This document shows, in pieces, positions 34,318 through 44,005 of a stretch of 64,000 bases of DNA. Origin of the DNA: Gemmatimonadota bacterium (GTDB lineage: Bacteria > Gemmatimonadota > Gemmatimonadetes > Gemmatimonadales > GWC2-71-9). The position numbers and the translations under genes are program-made. Every line of letters begins with the position of its first letter. Position 1 is the stretch's first letter. The notes below the pieces were generated by a model. The model ran no database searches and was not told the origin of the DNA. It saw nothing but the letters and a program-made list of their open reading frames with translations. The DNA is taken from contig JADFPO010000001.1 in assembly GCA_022562295.1 (NCBI GenBank), forward strand, positions 13,112 through 77,111. The letters run 5' to 3'.

Positions 34318-34737
34318 CTACTCTCCCATCACCTTGATCACCACCCGCTTCTTGCGCTGGCCGTCCCACTCACCGTAGAACACGCGTTGCCAAGTGCCAA
34401 GATCAAGCTCGCCGTTGGTCACCGGCACGATTACCTCGTGCCCGACGGTCAGGCTCCTGAGATGTGCCGCGGCATTGTCCTCGCCGGTCAGGTTGTGTCG
34501 GTATCGTTCGGGATCCCAGGGCGCCACGGTTCCTTCGAGCCACTCGAGGATGTCGTGCCACAAGCCAGGCTCGTGATCGTTGACGAACACCGACGCTGTG
34601 ATGTGCATAGCGGAGACCAATACGAACCCTTCGCTGATGCCGCTGGCCGCAACTTGCTCGGCGACTTCGTCGGTGACGTCGATGATCTCCTGCTTCTTGG
34701 CGGTGTTGAACCACAGGTAGTGCGTGCGGGCCTTCAT
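34318..34737 (-). CDS. yjbQ: YjbQ/UPF0047 family (secondary thiamine-phosphate synthase-like)
   Basis: 139 aa: ..[37 protein letters not shown]... This is the family signature. Confidence 0.8.
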   Translation of the reverse strand: MKARTHYLWFNTAKKQEIIDVTDEVAEQVAASGISEGFVLVSAMHITASVFVNDHEPGLWHDILEWLEGTVAPWDPERYRHNLTGEDNAAAHLRSLTVGHEVIVPVTNGELDLGTWQRVFYGEWDGQRKKRVVIKVMGE

Positions 34738-34821
34738 GATGGCTCTCTAACGACTCGGGTGAGACGGACCGGGCTCGGTCCTAGGTCCGTGGCAGGGCAA
34801 GAACCCAACGTCAAACCGCGT

Positions 34822-35406
34822 TTACCATCGAGACAGTTCCGCGAGGGTTGCCTCACCGTAAAACATACGAATGTATTTTGCCTGGATGGACGTCAGGCGG
34901 CGCACCGCCCACGCAAGGTGCACGAAATGCGGTTCGCGCGGTGAAGTGCGTAACCGCATGCCGCACTCTGCCGCCGGCCGATTGCCCTTCTTGGTGTTGC
35001 ACGTCGAACACGCCGTGGTAACGTTTGTCCATGCGTTCGTGCCCCCCAGCGAGATCGGCCTGAGATGGTCACGGGTGAGGCACTCGCGGCCGCGCAACTC
35101 TCCAACGGAACGCCCACAGTACTGGCACCGGTAGCCATCACGCGCAAACAAGAAGGTGTTAGTCACTTGGCGACGGAACTTGCGTGGCACGTGGACGAAC
35201 CTGACCAAACGGATCACCGCCGGCCGAGGGATGGCGAGGCGCTCACTGCGGAAGAATCGTCCTCGCTCCGCCTCGACGATCTCAGCCTTGCCATCGATCA
35301 CGAGACGGAGCGCCCGACGGACCGGCACGAGCGTGAGGGGCTCGAAGGACGTGTTGAGTGCGAGGCAGCGTGCGTGTGGCAGCATAGCAAACAAATCCCG
35401 CCGCAT
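34822..35406 (-). CDS. HNH endonuclease
   Basis: CQYCG..LTRDHLRPISLGGTNAWTNVTTACSTCNTKKGN (HNH with Cys4). Track ORF trimmed to the ATG at 35406 (MRRDLFAMLPHARCLALNTSFEPL); the ATG at 35385 is also possible. Confidence 0.75.
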   Translation of the reverse strand: MRRDLFAMLPHARCLALNTSFEPLTLVPVRRALRLVIDGKAEIVEAERGRFFRSERLAIPRPAVIRLVRFVHVPRKFRRQVTNTFLFARDGYRCQYCGRSVGELRGRECLTRDHLRPISLGGTNAWTNVTTACSTCNTKKGNRPAAECGMRLRTSPREPHFVHLAWAVRRLTSIQAKYIRMFYGEATLAELSRW

Positions 35407-35518
35407 GACGCGAACGCCGGAGGCCGAAGAAGTGTGTAGCCGTATTCTATCCTGGCCCTTAAGTGATTGCAAGAGTTCGGGTTGCCAACTTGGACCACTT
35501 TAGTTTCGATTCGCCACG

Positions 35519-35761
35519 ATGGTGACGCTCGAAGACCTGAAGGCTCAGATCGAACTCCACGCAGAGGGCACGCTCGCGCTGGAGGACCTCGCCGCATGGG
35601 CAGAGACTGTCTTCCGTGATGAGGAATTCGAGCCCGAGCACGAGGATTTGATATCCGAAATCCTCGGGACGATTCGAGATGCGGTCGACCCGCATCGATT
35701 CCGGTGGGAGGCACCCGACTTCGAAGAGATGTGGAATCAGATCGAGGACTTGACGAACTGA
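35519..35761 (+). CDS. Hypothetical small acidic protein
   Basis: 80-aa Glu/Asp-rich ORF, divergent from the HNH gene, with no recognisable motif. Confidence 0.45.
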   Translation: MVTLEDLKAQIELHAEGTLALEDLAAWAETVFRDEEFEPEHEDLISEILGTIRDAVDPHRFRWEAPDFEEMWNQIEDLTN

Positions 35762-35793
35762 TCGGCTAATTTTCTCGCGGGACGCCGTCCAGT

Positions 35794-37218
35794 TCAGGCA
35801 GCGGGCGGCACGGTGAAGCGAGGCGCGAGTCCTTCGATCTGTGCCACCACCGATGCACGCGACGTGCCGCCTGCGCTCACCCTCCTCTCTACTGAGTCCT
35901 CGAACGATCCCAGGCCGGCCAAGATATCCGGCAGCGACTCGTGAATGGCCGCCACCTCCGGGCCCGGCACACTCCTGAGTGCCACGCCCGTCTCTTCTGC
36001 CGCCCGCACGAGACGGCCCACCAAACCGTGCGCCTCGCGAAAGGGGATGCCGCGTTTCACCAAGGCGTCGGCGACGTCGGTAGCCAACAGCGTTTCACTC
36101 AGAGCGGCCTGCATGCGCTCAGGCACCGGCTCCATGGATTCTACGGCACCACACACCGCCGAGAGGGTTACGGTGGCAGCATCGACGGCCTCGAACAGCA
36201 ACGGTTTGTCCTCCTGGAGATCCTTGCTGTACCCGGCCGGTAACCCGTGGAGAATGCCCAGCATTCCGGCAAGCTGCGCGGCCGACCGGGCCGCTTTGGC
36301 TCGTGCCAGTTCGAACACATCGGGGTTTCGCTTTTGAGGGAGGAGACTCGATCCGGTCGAGAAGTCATCGCTGAGGCGAATGAAACCATACTCGCTGGAA
36401 TTGTACATCACCAATTCCCCGCTCAGTCGAGACAGGTGAACCGAGATCATCGCCACCGCAAACAACACCTCGACGACAAAGTCCCGATCGCCGGTCGCAT
36501 CCAGAGCGTTCCCTGAGATGGTCCGGAACCCCAACGACTTTCTCAGCAACTCCCGGTCAATGTCGATACCCGACCCGGCTAACGCCCCTGAGCCCAAGGG
36601 TAACTCGGCAACGCGCCGGCGCACCTCCGCCAGTCGCTCTCTGTCCCGGACCAAGGGCCACGCGTGCGCGAGGAGTACAAAAGCCCAGCGAACCGGCTGC
36701 GCCCTCTGCGAATGCGTGTACCCGGGCAACAACATGTCCACACCGGCGCGCGCTTTGGACACGAGCACCGCTCCGAGGGCAGCCACGTGGTCGTCTAATG
36801 CATCGATAGCCTCGAAGCACCACAACCGAAGGTCGGTTGCCACTTGGTCGTTGCGGGACCGACCAGTGTGGAGCTTGCCCGCAACCTCGCCGACCTCTTC
36901 GTACAACAGCCGCTCAACGAGCGTGTGCACGTCCTCATCCGTCGCCCCGGCCCCGGCACCACCAGCAAGACGCTCTCCTACCCGATCGAGGCCGCCGCAC
37001 AGTTCGTGATGCTCTTCGTCGCTGAGCACACCGGCGGCGCGAAGCGCGGACACCCAAGCTTGGCTGCCGCGGATGTCCTGCGGCCACAACCGCAGGTCTA
37101 CGGCAAGGCTGTTGTTGAGCGCCTTGAGGGCCGCGCTAGGTGGCTTCGCAAAACGTCCGCCCCACAGTTGATGCGCGGCGGACGCTGGCGAACTCTCCTC
37201 TGAGCTGCCGTGGGTCAC
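35794..37218 (-). CDS. argH: Argininosuccinate lyase
   Basis: 474 aa: LWGGRFAKPPSAALKALNNS.., GSSLLPQKRNPD (fumarate-lyase signature). Confidence 0.92.
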   Translation of the reverse strand: MTHGSSEESSPASAAHQLWGGRFAKPPSAALKALNNSLAVDLRLWPQDIRGSQAWVSALRAAGVLSDEEHHELCGGLDRVGERLAGGAGAGATDEDVHTLVERLLYEEVGEVAGKLHTGRSRNDQVATDLRLWCFEAIDALDDHVAALGAVLVSKARAGVDMLLPGYTHSQRAQPVRWAFVLLAHAWPLVRDRERLAEVRRRVAELPLGSGALAGSGIDIDRELLRKSLGFRTISGNALDATGDRDFVVEVLFAVAMISVHLSRLSGELVMYNSSEYGFIRLSDDFSTGSSLLPQKRNPDVFELARAKAARSAAQLAGMLGILHGLPAGYSKDLQEDKPLLFEAVDAATVTLSAVCGAVESMEPVPERMQAALSETLLATDVADALVKRGIPFREAHGLVGRLVRAAEETGVALRSVPGPEVAAIHESLPDILAGLGSFEDSVERRVSAGGTSRASVVAQIEGLAPRFTVPPAA

Positions 37219-38441
37219 AGCAGAGCCATCCGACGCGGTTTCTCAACAGAGCGTCGCTCGGACGCGATTCTATCTTGCAAGCCATAGAGGCGAATGAACG
37301 CCCCCGCATCGGCATGCTCGAACACATCGTCTGCTTCGAACGTGGCGTGTTTTGCGGAGTACAGGCTGTACGGACTCCGGCGCGACAGCACCGTCACGCT
37401 TCCCTTGAAGAGCCGCAACCGCACCTCTCCCGTCACCTGTTGCTGTGTGGCGGCGACCAACGCGTCCAGCACCTCGCGTTCCTTGGTCCACCAGCGGCCC
37501 TCGTAAACGAGATCCGCGTACCGCGGCGCCAACTGGTCCTTGAGTCCCAACGTGCGGCGATCCAACACGATCTGCTCGAGATTCCGATGCGCTGCCCGCA
37601 ACACCGTCCCACCGGGCGTTTCGTACACACCACGCGATTTCATGCCGACCATGCGGTCTTCGACCACGTCCGCGCGTCCGATACCGTGAGCACCCGCAAC
37701 CTCGTTGAGGTGCTCGATCAACTGCACCGGACCCAGCGGCGCGCCGTCTACCGAAACGGGAACACCCGCCTCAAACTCTACCGTCAACTCCAATGGATCG
37801 TTCGGGGCATCGACGGGATCGGTGGACATGAGAAACAAGTCGGCTGGGGGCGCTGTCTCGGGATCTTCCAGCACGCCTCCCTCATGCGAGCAGTGCCACA
37901 GATTTCGATCCCGGCTGTACGGCTTTTCTGCCGTCGCCTCGACCGGAATCCCCCGCTCGGCGAGGTAGCGCCGCAAATCTTCCCGGCCCTTGAACTCCCA
38001 CTCACGCCAGGGCGCGATGATCTGAAGGTCCGGAGCCAAGCACGCATACGTAAATTCGAAGCGAACCTGGTCGTTCCCCTTGCCCGTACAGCCGTGTGCG
38101 AGGATCTGGGCGTTTGCGCGCCGCGCCGTAGCAACCTGCGCCTCCGCGATCACCGGCCGGGCCATCGCCGTTCCCAGCAGGTACTCTCGGGAATACACGG
38201 CGCCGGCCTGCAGGGTCGGAAAGATGAAGTCACGGACCAGGCGTTCTCGCACATCCTCCACCACGCACCCAACAGCCCCGGACCGAACCGCTTTCTCCTC
38301 CAATCCCTCCAACTCACCGGCTCCCTGCCCCACGTTGGCGGCGAAACACAGGACGCGCGCATCGTACGTTTCCTTCAACCATGGCACGATGGCCGACGTG
38401 TCTAGACCACCTGAGTATGCCAGGACTACCAAGGGACCCAT
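37215..38441 (-). CDS. argG: Argininosuccinate synthase
   Basis: 408 aa: VVLAYSGGLDTS.., ..AHGCTGKGNDQVRFE... 4-nt overlap with argH. Confidence 0.92.
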   Translation of the reverse strand: MGPLVVLAYSGGLDTSAIVPWLKETYDARVLCFAANVGQGAGELEGLEEKAVRSGAVGCVVEDVRERLVRDFIFPTLQAGAVYSREYLLGTAMARPVIAEAQVATARRANAQILAHGCTGKGNDQVRFEFTYACLAPDLQIIAPWREWEFKGREDLRRYLAERGIPVEATAEKPYSRDRNLWHCSHEGGVLEDPETAPPADLFLMSTDPVDAPNDPLELTVEFEAGVPVSVDGAPLGPVQLIEHLNEVAGAHGIGRADVVEDRMVGMKSRGVYETPGGTVLRAAHRNLEQIVLDRRTLGLKDQLAPRYADLVYEGRWWTKEREVLDALVAATQQQVTGEVRLRLFKGSVTVLSRRSPYSLYSAKHATFEADDVFEHADAGAFIRLYGLQDRIASERRSVEKPRRMALL

Positions 38442-38465
38442 GTTACGCTCGCTGGGAATCAGAAT

Positions 38466-38483
38466 TATGCATTGTCATGCATA
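38466..38483 (-). promoter_or_regulatory. ARG box (ArgR operator) in front of argG
   Basis: TATGCATTGTCATGCATA is an 18-bp palindrome (TATGCAT/ATGCATA arms with a 4-nt centre), the same architecture as the TNTGAATWWWWATTCANW ARG box. It abuts the -10 of the argG promoter and lies next to argR. Confidence 0.55.
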
Positions 38484-38511
38484 AAAATACAGCAAACTCG
38501 CCCTCTGTCAA
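38484..38511 (-). promoter_or_regulatory. Candidate argGH promoter
   Basis: The minus strand reads TTGACA (38511-38506), a 16-nt spacer, then TATTTT (38489-38484), followed immediately by the ARG box. The argG ATG is at 38441. Confidence 0.5.
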
Positions 38512-38514
38512 CAG

Positions 38515-38964
38515 CTAGAGACCAGCCATTTCCCCCAGACGGCGCGCCACATTCACCCGGTCCTCTTCACTACGAGCGATCACGAGGAGGGTATCGTCAC
38601 CGGCAATGGTTCCGAGCACCTCGTCCCAAGCACCGTAGTCGAGCGACCCCCCCAATGCCTCGGCGCTGCCGGGAGGGGTTCTCACCACCAGCAGAGGGCC
38701 GACCCCCTCCATAGACAGCACGAGGGTCGGCGCCAGCTGATCGACAGGTGGGAAGGGCCCCACGTGGCCAGACGGGGCAGCGTAGTGGGCGCGCCCCGAT
38801 GGATCCGCCACCTTGGCGAGCCGGAGGTCGCGCAGGTCCCGCGACAGGGTGGCCTGGGTCACCTCCGTGCCCTCGGCGGTCAACAGGTCGCGGAGCTGTT
38901 CCTGACTGTGGACCCTGTGCCGTTGGATGAGGCGCAGTATGAGTGCGTGTCGTTGCGTTTTCAT
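38515..38964 (-). CDS. argR: Arginine repressor
   Basis: 149 aa: MKTQRHALILRLIQRHRVHSQEQLRDLLTAEGTEVTQATLSRDLRDLRL (winged-helix N-domain) plus a C-terminal oligomerisation domain ..GTIAGDDTLLVI... Confidence 0.9.
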   Translation of the reverse strand: MKTQRHALILRLIQRHRVHSQEQLRDLLTAEGTEVTQATLSRDLRDLRLAKVADPSGRAHYAAPSGHVGPFPPVDQLAPTLVLSMEGVGPLLVVRTPPGSAEALGGSLDYGAWDEVLGTIAGDDTLLVIARSEEDRVNVARRLGEMAGL

Positions 38965-39090
38965 TGATCGTTCACGTGCGTCACGCGGTGGGCGCGAGGT
39001 GGGCGCCCGCTATTCCGTGCGACAACAATCCGTCAGAAATTGCGGAGCCCGGCATGCACGTCACCACCCAAGACCTGAATTTCCGCGGTC

Positions 39091-41298
39091 TCAGCGACCC
39101 TCACCACCGTTGCCGTTGTGGGATTGCGCAGCCCAACCACCGGGCGGCGCGTCGGCGGCCGAGCTGGTAACGCCGAAGCGGAAAGGATCCGGATGGTAGG
39201 GACATTCCTCAGTGGGCTCCGTGCCGGGAATGTACCACTCTTGGTACACCTCCTGGGGCGGGCAGAAGTTGGTCGCAAGAAACCCCGTGAAGCGGTCCAC
39301 GCGACGCGACTCGAGGCTCCGCGGCCGTCGCCACGCGGCGGGGGCCGCTCGACGCGCGTACACCTCGTTCATGTAGTCGGCCCATGCGGGCGCCGCCAGG
39401 CCGCCGCCGGTGGCCGCGTCCATGATGCGCTGGGGACGATCGAACCCCATCCAAATGCCGGTCACGAACTCGGGCGTGAAACCGATGAACCAGACGTCCG
39501 ATCCGTCGTCGGTGGTTCCCGTCTTGCCGGCCGCGGGTGCGTTAAATCTGCCCCGCGCCCGAATCGCCCCGAAGGCCGTGCCTCGGTTCACCACGTCCTG
39601 CATCATGCTATTCATGATCCAAGCGTGCTCCTCGTCCATGATGCGCTCGAGGCGCTGTTGCGGTTGCCACACGATATTGCCGTCGGCGTCCTCGACGCGC
39701 AGAATGCCCACCGGAGCCGCATGCACGCCCAGGGTGGCGAACGCGGTATAGGCCGACACCATTTCGATCGGGTAGACCGTGCCCGTCCCAATGGCAACCG
39801 ATTCGACCCGCGGAATCCGCGTGGAGAGTTTGAAGCGAAGCGCCTCTCCGACGACCGCGTTGACACCGATCTCCCGTCCGAGTTGGATGGCGATCAGATT
39901 CCGCGACTGCCGCAGGCCCTGCCTGAGGGTCATCGGACCGCGATAATCTCCCTCGAAATTGCGAGGCTCCCACGGTTGGCCTGTCTGCGGTTGGTAGATG
40001 CTGATCGGCTCGTCGACGACCACGTGGCTGGCCGGGCGGCCGGCTCGAATGGCGGCGGCAAAGACGAACGGTTTGAACGTGGATCCCGGCTGCCGGTCTG
40101 CCTGGGTCGCGCGGTTGAACTTGGACTCCTGATAGTTCCGCCCGCCAACCATGGCGCGCACGTAACCGGTCTTTGCGTCCATCGTGATCAGGGCGCCCTG
40201 CAAGTACGGCGTCATGTTGGACTTGGGGATCATGCCGCCGAGACTATCGCGGTACTGCTGGTATGACGGGTGTGGGAAATCGTACAGAGGGCGATCGGGT
40301 CTCAGGTTGCCCGCCTCGATTTCTTGGAGTCGGTCCTCGAGCGCGCGCTCCGCGGCGAGCTGCATGTCGAGATCCAGCGTGGTATAGATGCGATAGCCCC
40401 GCGAGAACAGGTCGTCACCAAACCGGGCATACAACTGCATCCGGGTCCACTCGACGAAGTACTCCGCCACGCCGAGGAAGTCCTCTCGCGAACTCACTCG
40501 CATGGGATAGGCTTTCCACCGCTCTGCTTCGTTCGCAGTGAGAAACCCTTGATCGCGCATTTGGTTGAGGACCGTATTGCGTAGAATCAGCGCCGTCTCC
40601 GGATTACGTCGCGGCTCGTAAGCGTTCGGGAGCGGCGCGATCGCTGCGAGCGTCGCCGCCTCGGCCACATTGACTTCGGATGCTGATTTACCGAAATAGC
40701 GGCGGGCGGCTTCTTCCACTCCATTGGCGCGGCCACCCATGAAGATCTGATTCAGATACAGCTCGAGTATGCGCTCCTTGGGATACGTCTGTTCCAGTTC
40801 CAGCGCCACTTGTATCTCGCGCAGCTTCCGCTGAATGCTCCGCTCCGCCATTGGCAACTGCTCTTTGAACACGTTGCGGGCGAGCTGCATTGTGATGGTT
40901 GATCCGCCGGCCAGCCGGCGTCCGACGAGAAGATTGCGAAACTGGCGAACAAATCCACGGAAATCCACTCCGTTGTGCTCGAAGAACCGGCGGTCCTCGG
41001 AGGAGAGGAACGCCGCCGGAATCGCAGCAGACATTTCCTCCAGGGCAACGACCGTCCGGCTCTCGCCGAGGTCGACGATCAACCGACCGTCCGCGGCATA
41101 GAACTTCGCAGCCTGCACCGGCTGGTAACCCTCGAGGTAGCCGATGGAGGGACAAGCCAAACCGGCGCACGCGCGGGTCCAGGCACCCACCGAGAAGCCG
41201 GCCCCCAAACCCACGAAGGCGAACAGGCCGACGCCGACGGTCCGCCGTGCGCTGGATTTGCGCCACATGGCAACGAGGGGTTTCACCGGAGACACCAT
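39091..41298 (-). CDS. mrcA: Penicillin-binding protein 1A (bifunctional transglycosylase/transpeptidase)
   Basis: 735 aa with an N-terminal TM. GT51 motifs EDRRFFEHNGVD and RKLREI; transpeptidase motifs STFKP and KTGTT. Confidence 0.9.
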   Translation of the reverse strand: MVSPVKPLVAMWRKSSARRTVGVGLFAFVGLGAGFSVGAWTRACAGLACPSIGYLEGYQPVQAAKFYAADGRLIVDLGESRTVVALEEMSAAIPAAFLSSEDRRFFEHNGVDFRGFVRQFRNLLVGRRLAGGSTITMQLARNVFKEQLPMAERSIQRKLREIQVALELEQTYPKERILELYLNQIFMGGRANGVEEAARRYFGKSASEVNVAEAATLAAIAPLPNAYEPRRNPETALILRNTVLNQMRDQGFLTANEAERWKAYPMRVSSREDFLGVAEYFVEWTRMQLYARFGDDLFSRGYRIYTTLDLDMQLAAERALEDRLQEIEAGNLRPDRPLYDFPHPSYQQYRDSLGGMIPKSNMTPYLQGALITMDAKTGYVRAMVGGRNYQESKFNRATQADRQPGSTFKPFVFAAAIRAGRPASHVVVDEPISIYQPQTGQPWEPRNFEGDYRGPMTLRQGLRQSRNLIAIQLGREIGVNAVVGEALRFKLSTRIPRVESVAIGTGTVYPIEMVSAYTAFATLGVHAAPVGILRVEDADGNIVWQPQQRLERIMDEEHAWIMNSMMQDVVNRGTAFGAIRARGRFNAPAAGKTGTTDDGSDVWFIGFTPEFVTGIWMGFDRPQRIMDAATGGGLAAPAWADYMNEVYARRAAPAAWRRPRSLESRRVDRFTGFLATNFCPPQEVYQEWYIPGTEPTEECPYHPDPFRFGVTSSAADAPPGGWAAQSHNGNGGEGR

Positions 41299-41367
41299 CA
41301 GACGCTCAAGCTAGCTAGAACCGATTCTGCTTGCCAGCGCTCGGTGCGTTTCGTAACCTTCGCCGCG

Positions 41368-42636
41368 ATGAATACACTGATCGAAGAGCTGACGTGGCGC
41401 GGCCTGATCCATGACGTGACGCCCGGTCTGACCGAGCGGCTGGCACGAGGCCCGATTGCCGGGTACGGGGGATTCGACCCCACCGCACCAAGCCTCCAGG
41501 TCGGCAACCTCGTCCTCGTCATGCTCCTCGCACACCTCCAGCGTGCTGGTGGCACCCCGATCGTCCTCGTTGGGGGCGGCACCGGGCTGATCGGCGATCC
41601 GAGCGGCAAGCGCTCCGAGCGCCCGCTGCTGAGCCAATCGGACGTGGACGAAAACGTCGCTCGGCAGCGCCGCCAACTCGAGCGATTTCTCGACTTCTCC
41701 GACATACCCAACACCGCGACTGTGGTGAACAACGCGGATTGGTTGCGGACAACCCCTCTGGTCGAGTTTCTTCGCGACATCGGCAAGCATTTCACGATTT
41801 CCTCGATGCTGCAGAAGGAGTCAATCCGTTCACGATTGGACTCCGGGATCTCGTTCGCGGAATTCAGCTATATGCTACTCCAGGCCTACGACTTCCTTCA
41901 TCTATTCCGCACACACGGCTGCGAGTTGCAGTTGGGAGGCAGCGACCAGTGGGGTAACATCACCGCCGGTGCCGAGTTGATTCGGCGAGTGGAGAGCGGG
42001 GACGCTCACGGTATCTGTGCCCCGTTGGTGACGACGTCGAGCGGCGAGAAGCTCGGCAAGACCGCCGCGGGGACTGTGTGGCTCGACGCCGACGACACCT
42101 CCCCATACAAGTTCTATCAGTTTTGGATCAACGTGGACGACGCGCAGGTCGAGCAATTTCTGACAATGCTCACCTTCAAGAGCCGCGCGGAGATCGACGC
42201 GTTGAGGGAACAGCATTCGCAAGATGCCGGCGCGCGGCACCCGCATCGAGCATTGGCGCAGGACCTGACCGCCCGGGTACACGGGGAGGAAGCGGAACAC
42301 CGCGCTGCGGAAGCATCGCGGGTTTTTTTCGACCGTCAGAATGTAGCAACGCTTCGGGCTGCGTCTCCGACCGTGTGGGAAATGCTGGCAGCCGAGCTCC
42401 CGTGCTGGGACACAATGCGGACCGCAATGCCGACGTCTGTGGTGGACTTCATCGCCTCGGCCGGGTTAACCGAGTCCAAGGGGGAGGCCCGACGTCAGTT
42501 GCGGCAAGGTGGCATCTACGTAAACGGCATACGCGCTGGCGGCGACGACACAATCGATGTCGAGCAGCTCATGGCGGACCGTTACATCTGGCTGAGACGC
42601 GGCAAGAAGAAAGACGTAATTGTCCGCGTCGCCTAG
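41368..42636 (+). CDS. tyrS: Tyrosyl-tRNA synthetase
   Basis: Track ORF 40975..42636 trimmed to the in-frame ATG at 41368 (MNTLIEELTWRGLIHDVT..GFDPTAPSLQVGNL..KLGKT.. plus a C-terminal S4-like domain). The upstream part is antisense to PBP1A. Confidence 0.9.
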   Translation: MNTLIEELTWRGLIHDVTPGLTERLARGPIAGYGGFDPTAPSLQVGNLVLVMLLAHLQRAGGTPIVLVGGGTGLIGDPSGKRSERPLLSQSDVDENVARQRRQLERFLDFSDIPNTATVVNNADWLRTTPLVEFLRDIGKHFTISSMLQKESIRSRLDSGISFAEFSYMLLQAYDFLHLFRTHGCELQLGGSDQWGNITAGAELIRRVESGDAHGICAPLVTTSSGEKLGKTAAGTVWLDADDTSPYKFYQFWINVDDAQVEQFLTMLTFKSRAEIDALREQHSQDAGARHPHRALAQDLTARVHGEEAEHRAAEASRVFFDRQNVATLRAASPTVWEMLAAELPCWDTMRTAMPTSVVDFIASAGLTESKGEARRQLRQGGIYVNGIRAGGDDTIDVEQLMADRYIWLRRGKKKDVIVRVA

Positions 42637-42667
42637 CAAACAGACCGGTTCGTCAGCCAGTTCTCCA

Positions 42668-43891
42668 TCAATCCTCTGCCAATATTCCCGCCACTCGATC
42701 CATTTCGGCTAGCGTATTGTAGCAATGCGGTGAAAGCCGGATCGCCCCTTCCCGCACCGAGCAGACAACGTTGGCGCGCTCGAGCCGGGCGAGCGTCACA
42801 GAGAGACGTTTCGGCTCCACACACGTTATCGCCGAATCGCACTCAGGCGACGTCGGCGACGTAATGCGAAACGCGCCCGAATTGGCGAGTCGATAGATTG
42901 GCTGCCGCAGAAAACGGAGATGCGACGCGATCGATTCTACCTCCAGCTCCAGGAGGATCGACACGCTTTCCGTCATCCCGAGAAAATCCTGGAATGGCAG
43001 TGTGATCATCTCGAACCGACGGCCGTCGGGATGAAAGCTCGGGTTGTAGTCGGTGAGATGGGTAAAATCGTCCGTGCCTTCGAAGGCCATCCACCCCGCT
43101 ACCACCGGTTCCAGTGCTTGCACCAGTTCGGCGCGAACGTACACGAAACCGGAGCCCCACGGCGACAGCAACCACTTCTGCCCGCCGCACGCCAAGATGT
43201 CCACGGGCGTCGCTTGCACGTCCAAGGGGCACTGTCCCAAACCTTGGATGGCGTCGACGACGAAGAACACATCGCTCTCGCGGCACGCGTTCCCGAGCCT
43301 CAGAAGATCCGCCCGGTACCCATTGGAGAACTGGACGAACGAAATGGCGAGGACACGGACCCTGGGATCCCGTATCCGCTCCAGCAAACGGACTTCGTCG
43401 GGCCAGCCAGTCTCGGTCGGGGGAACAAACTCCACCCGCACGTCTTGGTCACGGAGCCTGAGCCAAGGATACACATTCGCCGGAAACTCTTTCTCCGGGA
43501 CGAGTACGATGTCGCCTTTGCGCAGCGGCAGCGATCGCGCCGCCAGGTTCACGCCGTGGCTGGTGTTGGTAGCCAACCCGATTTCCGACACGGACGCGTT
43601 GATCAACCGGGCAGCGACGGCTCGCGCATCCCAGAGAATCTGCTGCAGATCCGCATCCGGAAGGAGGTGAGGCGCCGTACGCTTGGCGGTAAAAGCATCG
43701 GTTCGGCGTCGTGTCGTCTCGGGAAGCGGGCCGATGCTGGCGTTGTTCAGGTATGTCGTCTCCGCGGTCCACGGAAACTCGCTCTTGCGGAGCGTCTCAA
43801 ATCGTTCGCGCAGCACGCCTCCACTCTGGTCGATCGTGGTCAAGAGTCTCCTGCCAGTCCGAGCGTGCCACCGCCACCGCAGCGCTCGCAA
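42668..43891 (-). CDS. Class V aminotransferase / cysteine-desulfurase-like PLP enzyme
   Basis: 407 aa: ..TYLNNASIGPLP.., ..FVVDAIQGLG.., ..DILACGGQKWLLSPWGSGF... This is the class V fold pattern; the substrate is unknown. Confidence 0.7.
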   Translation of the reverse strand: MRALRWRWHARTGRRLLTTIDQSGGVLRERFETLRKSEFPWTAETTYLNNASIGPLPETTRRRTDAFTAKRTAPHLLPDADLQQILWDARAVAARLINASVSEIGLATNTSHGVNLAARSLPLRKGDIVLVPEKEFPANVYPWLRLRDQDVRVEFVPPTETGWPDEVRLLERIRDPRVRVLAISFVQFSNGYRADLLRLGNACRESDVFFVVDAIQGLGQCPLDVQATPVDILACGGQKWLLSPWGSGFVYVRAELVQALEPVVAGWMAFEGTDDFTHLTDYNPSFHPDGRRFEMITLPFQDFLGMTESVSILLELEVESIASHLRFLRQPIYRLANSGAFRITSPTSPECDSAITCVEPKRLSVTLARLERANVVCSVREGAIRLSPHCYNTLAEMDRVAGILAED

Positions 43892-44005
43892 AGTAATACA
43901 GCGTCGCGAAGGTTAGCTGCGACGCAGAATCAAAACGACATCGAGCTGATCGTCACTGCCGCTTCCGAAGGGTATCGTACCAGTCAGCGGATGGTAATGG
44001 CGCGC

